Source: Lophium mytilinum | Taxonomy: Eukaryota | DNA length: 64,000 nucleotides | Direction of reading: 5' to 3' | Assembly (NCBI GenBank): GCA_010093605.1 | Contig: MU004191.1 | Coordinates: 790,816 to 854,815, forward strand | Shown here: piece after piece, positions 24,316-35,200 of the stretch | Layout of the letters: each line of letters starts with the position of its first letter | Numbering within the stretch: the stretch's first letter is position 1 | The notes under the pieces: model-generated | The model's input: the letters and a program-made list of their open reading frames with translations, nothing else | The model's database searches: none | What the model was told of the DNA's origin: nothing | Made by a program: the position numbers and the translations under genes

Positions 24316-24860
24316 ATTCGCGGGTTTGGCTAGAGAATCGGATGGACGGTATAGCGGGTTTGCAAGTGTGTTTGGAGCTATAGGAGGCGGAAGTGGGTAG
24401 AGAGGGAGGGAATCGTGATATGGAATTGGATTGTGGAAGTGGCTTGTTTCCTTCCCGGAACAAATCGATGTTGGTATCTATTTAGCCTGGCTACGCTTAC
24501 CCACGGCAATGGATTCCGTCGTATCTGCCGTCGAGTCTCTCTTTGCACATCTATTGCCCCGCAGGTGTGAAGACCGCGTTGCGGGGCGCGACGCGTTGGG
24601 GAGATGGCCGGTGGAGGGGAGCATGTTGGTTCGGGGAGAAGGCCGATGTGTGGAGTTAGGGCCGATGCTGCGGCCGCTAGTGATATGCACTCCGGACCGG
24701 ACTAGGGATGATGGAGGCACCGAGCTTGGGTTGGGGAAGGGTGATAACATGGGTGTATAGTGGGGAGGTAACGCGGGTATACTTCTACGTCTTCTGTTAC
24801 TTTTGCTAGCATTTTTGAAAGTTTGGCGAAGATTACAGTTTCGCGCAATCTTGAAACACC

Positions 24861-26055
24861 ATGTCAAACAAGATGGAGTATATGCGCCTCGGGAATAGTG
24901 GATTGAAGGTGTCGAAGATCATATTGGGTGGGATGAGCTTTGGTTCAAGCAAATGGGAGAGCTCGCCGTGGACGCTGGATGAACCGGAGGCGTTGAAGGT
25001 GATTAAGAAGGCGTATGATTTGGGGATAAACACGTGGGTAAGTCAAACTGTTCCCGTGCGAAATTCTATGGCTAAGGAATTGCGCATAGGATACAGCAGA
25101 CACTTACTCGAATGGTGCCTCCGAGCGCATCATTGGCAAAGCACTGAAGGAGTTCAAAATTCCCAGGAGTAAAGTAGTGATTCTCACAAAGATCTTCAAT
25201 CCCGTCATGGATGATGATTCGAGACCTGTGCCGAAGAATGACGGGGTGCTTGTGAATCAGATGGGGTTGAGTAGGAAGCATGTCTTTGAGGCGGTGGACA
25301 GGTGTTTGGAGAGGCTGGGGACGGACTATATTGGTAAAGACCTTATCTTTCGTATAGCAGATAACTTCGCTCTTCCTATCAGTTTCTCTTCCCTCTTCCA
25401 GCTCAACTTTTTACATTTCCCGAGACATCTTAAGTGACTGTTAGGGACTAACAACCCACCAGACGTCCTCCAAATCCACCGCCTCGACCGCGAAACTACC
25501 CCCGCCGAAATCATGCAAGCCCTACACGACCTAATTCGCTCTGGAAAGGTCCACTACACTGGGGCTTCCTCCATGTACACCTGGGAATTCGCGCAGCTTC
25601 AACACGTTGCGATCTTAAACCACTGGACTCCTTTCATCAGCATGCAGCCCTTCTACAACCTGCTCTACCGCGAGGAAGAACGTGAAATGCTGCCGTTCTG
25701 CCAGGCAACGGGAGTAGGTGTTATCCCATGGTCCCCGCTCGCTAGGGGTCTATTGGCGAAACCACTGGACGAGGGAAGTGCAAGAAAGGAGGCAGATGGA
25801 AAGGCGAAGGCGTGGTTTGGGGATGCAAATATGGAGATTGTGGGGCGGGTAGAGGAAGTGGCGAAGAGGAAGGGGGTTAGTATGGTATTGGTGGCTACGG
25901 CGTGGGTATTGGGAAAGGGGTGTGCACCGATTGTAGGGTTGAGCAGTGAGAGAAGAGTAGAGGAAGTAGTGGAGGCTTCAGGGGTGAAGTTGAGTGATGA
26001 GGACGTGAAGTACCTAGAGGAGGAGTATCGAACAAGGAGCATTCAGGGAATGTAG
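24861..26055 (+). CDS. Aldo-keto reductase (aryl-alcohol dehydrogenase / YajO-like), 2 introns
   Basis: MEYMRLGNSGLKVSKIILG, GINTW|DTADTYSNG, GLSRKH, QIHRLD, GASSM, MQPFYNLLYREEEREM, IPWSPLARG. Confidence 0.92.
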
Positions 26056-26523
26056 ATGTAATTGCAGATGGACAGGTGAATCTCGGAGACTTCGAAGTGA
26101 GTAGGAGAGCGTGTAAAACTCGCTCCGAAGTTTTCCGTTTTGCGAGCGTGCGGCAGTGAGCCCCTGATCGTTCATTCTACCCCTCATGTCGCTTTCATGA
26201 TCCAGATATGCCGTTCGAGGGCCTCTTCGACAACACCAGATTTCAAGTTGAGTCTATAAGTTGAGTGTCAAGTCGGAGATCCATGCATGGCCCGGCTATG
26301 CTACGGCAGTGAATCTTTCGCACTTCTGTCCGTTCCCTATTAACCCGAGTCTCCGGGCCAAACATGTGGGCAACGGGGATGCGCATAGCGGGAGCTAAGG
26401 CTTAGACGACTATCTTAAGTATACGTCGAGGCTCAAATAAGTATCTATCGTCATTAGTCTACATCTTTACCTTTCCAGCTTCACGTTTCAAAACTTTCAA
26501 TCAAAACTCCTGCACTTCGCAAT

Positions 26524-28087
26524 ATGACGATCTCCGACCCCCAACCCCTACCCCTAACGAGCACCCTATCCTCCCTTCCACCCTTAGAATCAACCTCTCA
26601 ATTCCTTCGCGCCGAAACGCGCCGCCAACTCCAACAAAACCCTTCCACTCCACTACTCATAGCTCTCGATGACGACCCCACCGGCACCCAAACCTGCCAC
26701 GGGATCCCCGTCCTCACCACCTGGTCCATCCCCACTCTTATTGCCGAATTCACCCAAACCGCCCCCGGCAGCGGCTTCTTCGTTCTCACGAACTCACGCG
26801 CACTTCACGCGCCTGCCGCCCGGGCTCTAATCGCCGAGATATGCCAGAACTTGCAAGCGGCGGCCAAAGAAACAGGTAAAGCATTCGAAGTCGTGTTACG
26901 CGGGGACTCTACGCTTCGGGGCCATTTCCCAGACGAGCCAGAGGCGGTAGAAGGGGTGCTGGGGAAAGCGGACGCGTGGTTGCTTTGCCCGTTCTTCTTG
27001 CAGGGAGGCAGGTACACGATTGAAAATGTGCACTACGTGGCTGAGGGGGAGACGCTGGTGCCCGCGGGACAGACACCGTTCGCACGGGATGCAACATTTG
27101 GGTATCGGAGTAGCGATTTGAGGGAGTGGGTGGAGGAGAAGAGCAAGGGGCGGTTGAAGAAGGAGAAGGTGATTAGCTTGGAGCTGGGGGATATTAGGGA
27201 GGGAGGGGCGGAGAGAGTTGCGGATATTGTCTGTGCGATTGAGAAGGGGAGCGGGACGCCGGTCGTTGTTAATGCGGCGGCTGAAGAGGATGTTGATGTG
27301 GTCGTGTTGGGGATATTGAAGGGTGAGTAGTGTTTATGCTGCACGTGAGCGTCACGTGAGAGTTTGCTAATCGGAAATTTTAGCGAGTGCACGAGGGAAA
27401 AAGTTTCTTTTCAGATCTGGGGCTGCGTTTGTATCGGCTAGGTTAGGTATTGATCCCATCCCTCCGATATCTGCAAAGCAACTACAGCTGGATCCTAGGA
27501 AAGGTGGTCTTATCATCGCGGGATCCTACGTTCCCAAGACGACGGCGCAGCTGGACGTTTTGGTCAAGAGGAGTGGTGATAGGCTCACGACAGTGATATT
27601 GGACGTAGAAAAACTCCTGAAATCACCAGAAAGCGCGGAGGCAGCGCTAGCAGAGGCATTAAAAACCGCGGAAACGGAGATCAACAAACCACACGACATC
27701 TTGGTGATGACTAGTCGAAAGCTCATTATTGGCGACGACGAAGTGGAGAGCTTAGATATTGGCTCCATAGTGGCGAAGGTTCTTGTTCAGTTCTTGCAGC
27801 GACTGAAGAGCAAGCCGAGATATGTCATTGCGAAGGTAAACTTCATTCCATACCTGCCGCAACATGCGCTGATGTACTTGAAGGGCGGCATCACCTCCTC
27901 GGACATGGCCACTAAAGGTCTTAACATGAAACGTGCGGAGATCGTCGGGCAGGCTGCAGCTGGCGTTCCTCTTTGGAGATGCGATGAGCCAACTTGCAAG
28001 CATCCCGGTCTACCATATGTTGTGTTTCCTGGCAATGTTGGCTCGAACGACACGTTGTTTGAAGTCGTAGATAGGTGGAGGGTGTGA
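26524..28087 (+). CDS. DUF1537 four-carbon acid-sugar kinase family protein (OtnK/DtnK-like), introns 27323-27383 and 27836-27883
   Basis: ALDDDPTGTQT, LTNSRAL, RGDSTLRGHF, PFFLQGGRYT, TPFARDATFGY, IAGSYVPKTT, IAK|GGITSSD and VVFPGNVG. Confidence 0.9.
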
Positions 28088-28421
28088 CACTTTGAAGATT
28101 CGAAATGAAAACTAAATACGATATCAAAGAGTATATCTATGCAGCACTACTTACGAAACTTACCGAGTCTTTCTACCCACCTTCGCCGTCCTGCTCCTTC
28201 AGTATCCTTTTCTACCTCGCCTCCCTCTCCTCCCTCTCCTCAGCTAGCGCTGTGCCACTTCTGTACCCGCCAATCGTGGAATGTACTCCATCACATCCAA
28301 TCGTTGTTAAGGAACATGGCCCAACATCAGGCCTCGTATACGTACACATGCAAAAAAGGTTGGTCCGAGTCTCTCGCCATTCTGGAGGTGCCCTGGCTTG
28401 CTGCTTAGTCCCCCCATTCTA

Positions 28422-31400
28422 CTACTTTCTAGCTTCTCTTGGGGCGTTCCGCCGCTTTCTAGGGGGGTTTTCTGCTTGAAGGTCAAAGTGTGGATCAACT
28501 TCACCGGTTCCCTGTCCTGCTTCTACCATGGTTCGCTTACGCTTTCCCGCAGCGCGTGTGTTGGAGCCTTCAGCCCCAGCATTAAGAACTATTCCTGGAT
28601 TCAAGACCACCGGTAATTGAGTATCGATGGGCGCATTTCTTGCCGCCTCCTCCGCCTGTTGTCTTTGATTGAGAAGTCTCACAACGTCTTGTGCTAGCAG
28701 ACGGTCTTGTCTTCCTCGTGCCTCTTCTTCTTGACGCATACGTCTTTCTCGTGCCTCTATTTCTCGACGCTCAAGTCTTTCTCGTGCCTCTTGTACTTGA
28801 CGGCGACGGCGCTCATCAGGTCGCTCCATTATCCTATCATAAGCTTCCGTTTTAGGGTTGAAAACTCTGCGATGCCAGTAGCCGCCGTCTGCCTGGGACC
28901 ATATCCAAGAAGGTGGGCGATTTGGGGGTGCCTTTCCCTTCTCGACGCTTCCTGTCTCGCCGGCAGCGCGTCTCACAACCTCTGTTGGTCGGTTGGCACC
29001 AGCACCACCAGCTCCCTCGTTCCTCTGGTTGGCAACAGCCTGGGCAGCCTGTTGATGTTCTCTCCACCCTCCAACAAAGCCGTCGGCGCTACCTCTCGCG
29101 GGTGACTGGGCAACTCGTATTGCACCTTCGCCTCCTCCATTGGCACCGGCGGGGAGTTCTTCGGAGTCTATGATGAGGTCGTCCAGGGCGAAGAAGCCAA
29201 TGCCATCCCCTCCCTCAGTCTCTGTAGGAGGTCCTCCAGGACTCATTCCATTGAAGTTTTCCCGAGACCTAGCCAACTCTTTCGCTTCAGCGTCGGGGTC
29301 ATTTGGATCTAGGTTGTCGCCTCCGCTGCCTCCTCTCAGCACTCCTTTGCCCCCTTTACCCCCTTTGCCCCCTTTGCCCCCTTTGCCCCCTTTGGCCCCT
29401 TTGGCCCCTTTGGCCCCTTTGGCTCCTTTTGCCCCTTTGCCCCCTTTGCCTCCGCCGCCTCCGCCACCTCCGCCGCCTCCAGAACCGTCGTCTCCGTGAC
29501 GCGCCGCACGCCGACCGATACGGAATGTATCTCCTGGGAGGTGAAGTATACGAAGGCATTCATCTAGGTCATCTCTTTTCTTGCCTTTAGCCGGTGTCTT
29601 GTTCTCCCAGTCCACCAAGGCCCTTCGAGTTTCTATCAAAACGTCCCACAAGGATGGCCTGATTCGCGGCTGTGCATTTTGATCATAACTCAACGAGTTC
29701 ATCATAAGGGTCGTTAGACGTGTGGAGTACGTGTCCGCGTACTCGCTAGGGTCTGGAGGATCGTATGCGTTCTTATATTCGTAGCCCATTTCTTCGAAGC
29801 TAGGTATGAACGGGACAGGCTTAATAGTTCCGTCGCTGTTGGTATTGTATCCCCTCCAGTCATTTGGATCTCGCCAAACACGCTCGAAATACTCGAAGTT
29901 TCTCTGAGCTCTCCGATCTCTATCCCAGTCGGCCTGCTCTGGCTTAGCGTCATATGGGTTGTCGAACCTCGCTTTTTCAGGCAAGCCATCAGTTCGGATC
30001 ATGCCAGAGGAGAGACGAGTCATTGACCAAATGATCATCCCAATTTCCCATACCATGGTCCGCTCTGTAGCCTGTGTTTCCGGTGGTGCCGGTGCCACCA
30101 GTGGCTGACCATTATACCCTAGGATATACCTATAGGCCCAACCGAGGTGTTGTTCCTAGATTTCTCAATTAGCATTCTAATGTCGACCTACCAATAAGAG
30201 GACAACGGAATACTCACCGGTGAAGCATGCTCCCAAGTGCCTCCAGAGCATATATCCAAATCGTTGTCCACCATTCCGAAATCTGCCAATATTGGAACCG
30301 GATATCCTCGATACGTAGTATCACGGTCACTCGGCGTATCGAGAAGAACATTTTCGGGCTTAATGTCTACGTGTACTCTGCTTTTCGATTCACTACGTTT
30401 CACGTAGTCGGACTTTGGATATTCATGTACTGCGCCGTGTGCCAGGGTTCCGCCGCAATACAATACCCAGCACGCCTCGGCCAATGCGTTCCAAACGTAC
30501 CATACGAACACCTCAGGGAAGTAGATGGGTCTAAGCAGAAGTTAGCACGTCGCTTAGGATATACCGAAAAGGCAGCAATGGGATCTAGACTTACTCCGGT
30601 GGATTTTTCGTCGAAGACTTTATGTACTTTTCGAGGAGGTCGTCGAGAGTTCCGTACTGCGCAAAGTTCATATACGTAGTCCTAAGAGATGTGTTAGCTC
30701 GCTCTCAGATGAATGATATACGGGTCTACTTACCAAACATTGCTTGTTATTGCCCGGAGGGCCTCCTCGGAGTGGACTAAACCCCTCACTCTAGGGATAT
30801 TTTTGTGCTTCCAGGGTATAGTTTGACGAAGGATCTCAAATTCTTTCGGCTCGCCATCAACTGGGTTAATAGTCAAGTCATTTCGCGCTGGGACTACGGC
30901 TGGATTGCCAGGGATAGGATAACTTTCTCGCTTCCTTGCCATGCGCTGATATACATCGACCTATGAGTTAGCAAACTGAAGACTTCGCTGATGTGAATAA
31001 CTTACGTCCAGAATCGTGCCGTTCGCATTATCGACATAGACCCAAAGATCAACTACGCCAAAACCTCCTCTCCCAAGTTCCTTCGCGTACTGCCAACTTC
31101 CAGCTGGGAGCGGGATCAAATTCGGTAGTGGAATTAGAGGTGGGTTTTGTGGTGATGTAGGGTTGTTTAGAGTTAAAACAGCTTCTGGTCGTGCGACTGG
31201 TACAGGTGGAACTACCGGTTGAATTACGGGTTGAAGTGCTGGTTGGACTGCTGGTTGAACTACCGGTAGAACTGGTGGTTGAACTACCGGTAGAACTGCT
31301 GGTTGAACTACCGGTTGAACTGGTGGTTGAACTACCGGTAGAACTGCTGGTTGAACTACCGGTTGAACTGGTGGAACAGCTGGTAGCGCGGCATCAACCG

Positions 31401-31697
31401 GAAAAGTGTTGATAAAACGAGCGCTCCGTCGCCTCCAACGCCGTTTTTCCAGTTCCGGAAGATCTTGGTAGCTTTGGTAAGCTTTTTTTTCAGTCTTCTT
31501 TTGTGCTGGTCTTTTCATCCGATCGCTAGAGAGGCGTTAGCATGTCATGTGCAATTAATAGAACAAGAGTGGTCACTCAGTGCTTACTAAGTTTTAGGTT
31601 TCTTATACGCTGCCCAATAGGCATTCCAGCCGTATAGCTGTTGCCCATTTGGTCTTGCAGCATCTACCTGCGGGTTTTGGCCCGGGGCCGGATTCAT
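28422..31697 (-). pseudogene. Divergent Ser/Thr kinase (NIMA/Nek-like style) with long low-complexity tail; apparent 1-bp frameshift at ~30628-30630
   Basis: Spliced model from ATG 31697: ELGRGGFGVV, MARK, YMNFAQYGTLDDLL, [frameshift], FPEVFVWYVW, HVDIKPENV, LADFG, GTWEHASP|E, VWEIG and RIRPS; PVVQ and GKG repeats. Confidence 0.75.
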
Positions 31698-32231
31698 TGC
31701 GCGGCTCGGGGAAAGACGCGGTGTAAGTGTTTGAGGTGCGGTATCTAGCTGCGAAGTCTGCTAAATGTGATGATGTTATGAAGCAAAAGAATTCAAAACG
31801 CGCGGAATGGTGGTTAGCCATCCTAGTCTTATGTGTCTAGTATCTAAGACAAACAATACCCTTTGTCTACTTCAAAGGACTCCAAACAGCTCGCTACCTC
31901 TGGGCAACTTGGCAGGATGCATTTTGTTGGAACGAACAAGGCCACAAAGAGAAGTAGGGTATCGGCGAGCGGCAGAACAAAGAAAGCAGGCGTAACTGAA
32001 GGATAACAAAAGATTCATCCAACGGAATGGCAAACGATCAAAGGAATAAAGGTAGGAAACAATGGAGTATTCGGGAATATAGAGATCTAGCAATGGAAGA
32101 ATAGAGTCGCGGACGGCAAACATGTCGACTAAGTCACGGTCATCACGTGCAGACTGTGCACCACCCTGTTCACCAGGCTACGAAGTATATGTGTACCTCG
32201 ACCAATCCAGATTTTCGAATCACCTTTCGCT

Positions 32232-35200
32232 CTACCTAGTGATGGGCTGAGCCCCCCCAAGCTGAGCCTCCCTAAGCTGAGCCCCGATCCAAGTCGGCCT
32301 CGTGCTGTCTGGGTCTATTGGCACCCTCCTTCGCCTCATCGCCATTATGTCATTCCGTGGATCTCTAGGACGGCCCCAATAGTCTTGTAGCTGGGCTTGG
32401 CGGAACGCTGTAACAGGAGCCGTTGCCCCCACTCCAAAAGCGTCCGGGGCCACCCGGGCCTGCCACGCCTGAGGCCACTGTCCTGAGACTGGAGGGCGTA
32501 ATTGGATCTCTTTAGGGAGGGCTCCCGGCGCTGACGGATTGCCGACCGGATCACGCCTGACTAGCCTCAAGGTGTCGCGATTAGCAGCTGATGGCATAGG
32601 CGGCCTAAGTCTTTCAGCATTTATATTTTCCTGGTACCGCCGCTCATTTGTGCGTGCGTGCAGGCTATTGTGGATGCGGGCCATCAGGTCGCCAGCTGAA
32701 GGTCGGTCCTGTGGTTTCCAGGACAGGCAGGCCGTTACCAGCTCTTCCAGGTCGAGCGAATAGCGCCGCATCCTCGAGATGGCGCGAGGAGGCATGAGAT
32801 CCCTAGAGTCGAGCGGGTGTGGTTGTGGGAGGTCGTCCGGGTGCCGGTAGGTTTGAGATATCTCCGCTGGCGAAAGGACGAGGCGCATGACACACCATAT
32901 TGTCATGCCGAGCGAGAAGATGTCGGCACAACCCCGCCCTAAGGCCTGAGGGTTATTTGCAAAATCCTGGTGTGTAAAGTTCCTGGGATGCATCTCCTAG
33001 ACATTGGGGTCAGGAATGAGTGCGATGGGCTGAGTTGTATGAACACGCGGTACTTACCGGTGCCATGAACCCTTCAGTCCCCATCGAATACCGCTCGCGA
33101 CTCCACTCTTCGATCCATTGACCTAAGCCGAAGTCGCCTAACACAGGCTTCTTGTAGTCCTCAAAAGGGTAGCCAAGTGTGTTTTCGGCTACGAAAACGT
33201 TGCCCGGTTTGATGTCAAAATGAACAAAGTGTAGGATATGGCCATTACTGATACCATGAATAGGGTTCCCTCCACGCTCAAAATGCCATAGCGCTTCGGT
33301 TAACCCACGGAATATATGCCATATGTACAGCTCTGGAATTTGGTCGTCGCTATATAGTAAGTTAGCGACATTCGCGCGTCGTTACTCGATCCTGATCGGC
33401 CATGAAAACCTACATTCTGGCCCACTGCGTAATGAGATCTGACAATGTCCCGTAAGGGCAGTATTCGAAGAATATGCAATATTGAGTCGATACAGGCCGG
33501 CCTAGTCTTTGAAAGCCGGCGATCGTGTTGTCCCCACGGACGTCGACACAATATCGAATTTTAAACGTCTTTATAGCGCGACAGTTATTAATTTCCTGTA
33601 CGGCGTCTGCGCTGCCTTGAGTCATAAACTTGAGAACCACTCGCTGTATCTTGACTTAGTCTACTACCTAATACGGTCTGTTCGTCAGTGACACTCACAT
33701 CTATGATATTGTTTTGTGCATCTGTTTTAACATAAAGCCTAGCAACACCAAAACTTCCTGCACCGAGTATCTTCTTGTATTTCCAACCTCTTTCGTCTCC
33801 TTCGACGTTAAGTTTCTCAAGCGCCTTTGCTGCAAGGTCTTCAAGCAACGGGGTTCTGAGCCGCTCCGCTCTTGGCAGATCAGCCAAATTTCTGTATGCG
33901 TCATACCACGAACCTTTGAGAGACAGTGTAAGAGTCAGCGATGAGTCCTTGCATCCCTTGAAAATGATCTGGGACTGAACATACGTATAGGATCTCCTTC
34001 TACTGGGCGGGGGTTGCGCATGGCATAGTGGATGCGCAATATCTCTCTGTAAGCTCGGTACCACGCGTCTTTGAACCATAAATTAGAAACTTGCGTCCAA
34101 CTTTCTCCAAGAATACCTGGATTTACACGTACCGTGATCGTTCACTGCGGGGTCGTCGTTCCGAATCAGCACCACGCGGCGTCTAATGTGCTCCAAAACC
34201 TGTCGCGGTAAATTTGCGGGTTCCGGTATTTCCGCTACTCTTTCAAGCCTATTTGCTGAGTTGACTAGGTTTTCCAGAAATGCCTCAGCGGAATCACCAG
34301 AAGAATAGTCAGGAGGACCGCGAGGAGGCCGACCACCGCCTCCGCCGCCCCCTGCTCCACCGTCTCCTCCTCCTCTGCCGTTACTTTGATCATCGGAAGA
34401 ATCGCTAGGAGAACCGTCGGGAGGCCGACCACCCCCTCCGCCAGCACTTCGCATAGGAGGACCTTGGCCCCTAGTACGATCTGGCCTTCTTGCTCTGTTT
34501 TCCTCTGCGAGATTGAGAGCGGCTGCGTCGTCGTCAGTGTTTTGGTTACTCGCGTCATTAGCCTCCCGGATATCTACTACTCTATCCCCCAACTCGGCTA
34601 AAGCTGTTAGGTACTGCCTCCTGGTCATAGCTCTCACAGCCGCATAGTCTGCGATAGTGCTGTTGGTAATGCCCCTCGCAAAAGCCTGTAGATTCTCGGG
34701 CAACTGGGCCAAAATATCCGGGTCGAGCAACTCGTAGAGGTACATTGCATTGGGGTCCTCGGCAGGTCCTTGTCCCATCATCGACCATCGAACTGTCACA
34801 ACGGCTCTCGCTAAGTCCCACAATTCTGTATCGTATGTGTCCCGGTCCATGGACTGCAGGGTCCGGAAGCCTTCGCCGGGCCGACCTGTGATCCCTCGCG
34901 CAAAGGCTTCGAGATCGGGATTCAGCTCGTCAAGTATATCGGGTTCTAGCAGGTCGCCGAAATTAAGGTGGTCGGCCTCAGGTCCATCTGTGTTGCTTTG
35001 GCCATCTGTGTCGTTGGCCCTAGATCCATTGGAGCCGCTCTGGCTACCTGTGCCGTTGGCCCCAAGTCCGTCGGAGCCGTTTTGGCTATCTGTGTCGTTG
35101 GCCCTAGGTCTATCAAAGCCGCTTTGGCCATCTGTGTCAAACTGGCCCGTCCGAAGCCTCATAACAGCGTCCAACAGTTCCTTCAGGCTGGCTCTATATT

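Noticed and set aside
29345..29480. Collagen-like gene from 9-bp GKG/GAK repeats
   Set aside because: A short low-complexity stretch within the kinase tail. The alternative-frame ORFs (GPKGPK, PLCPLW) are artefacts of the repeat.
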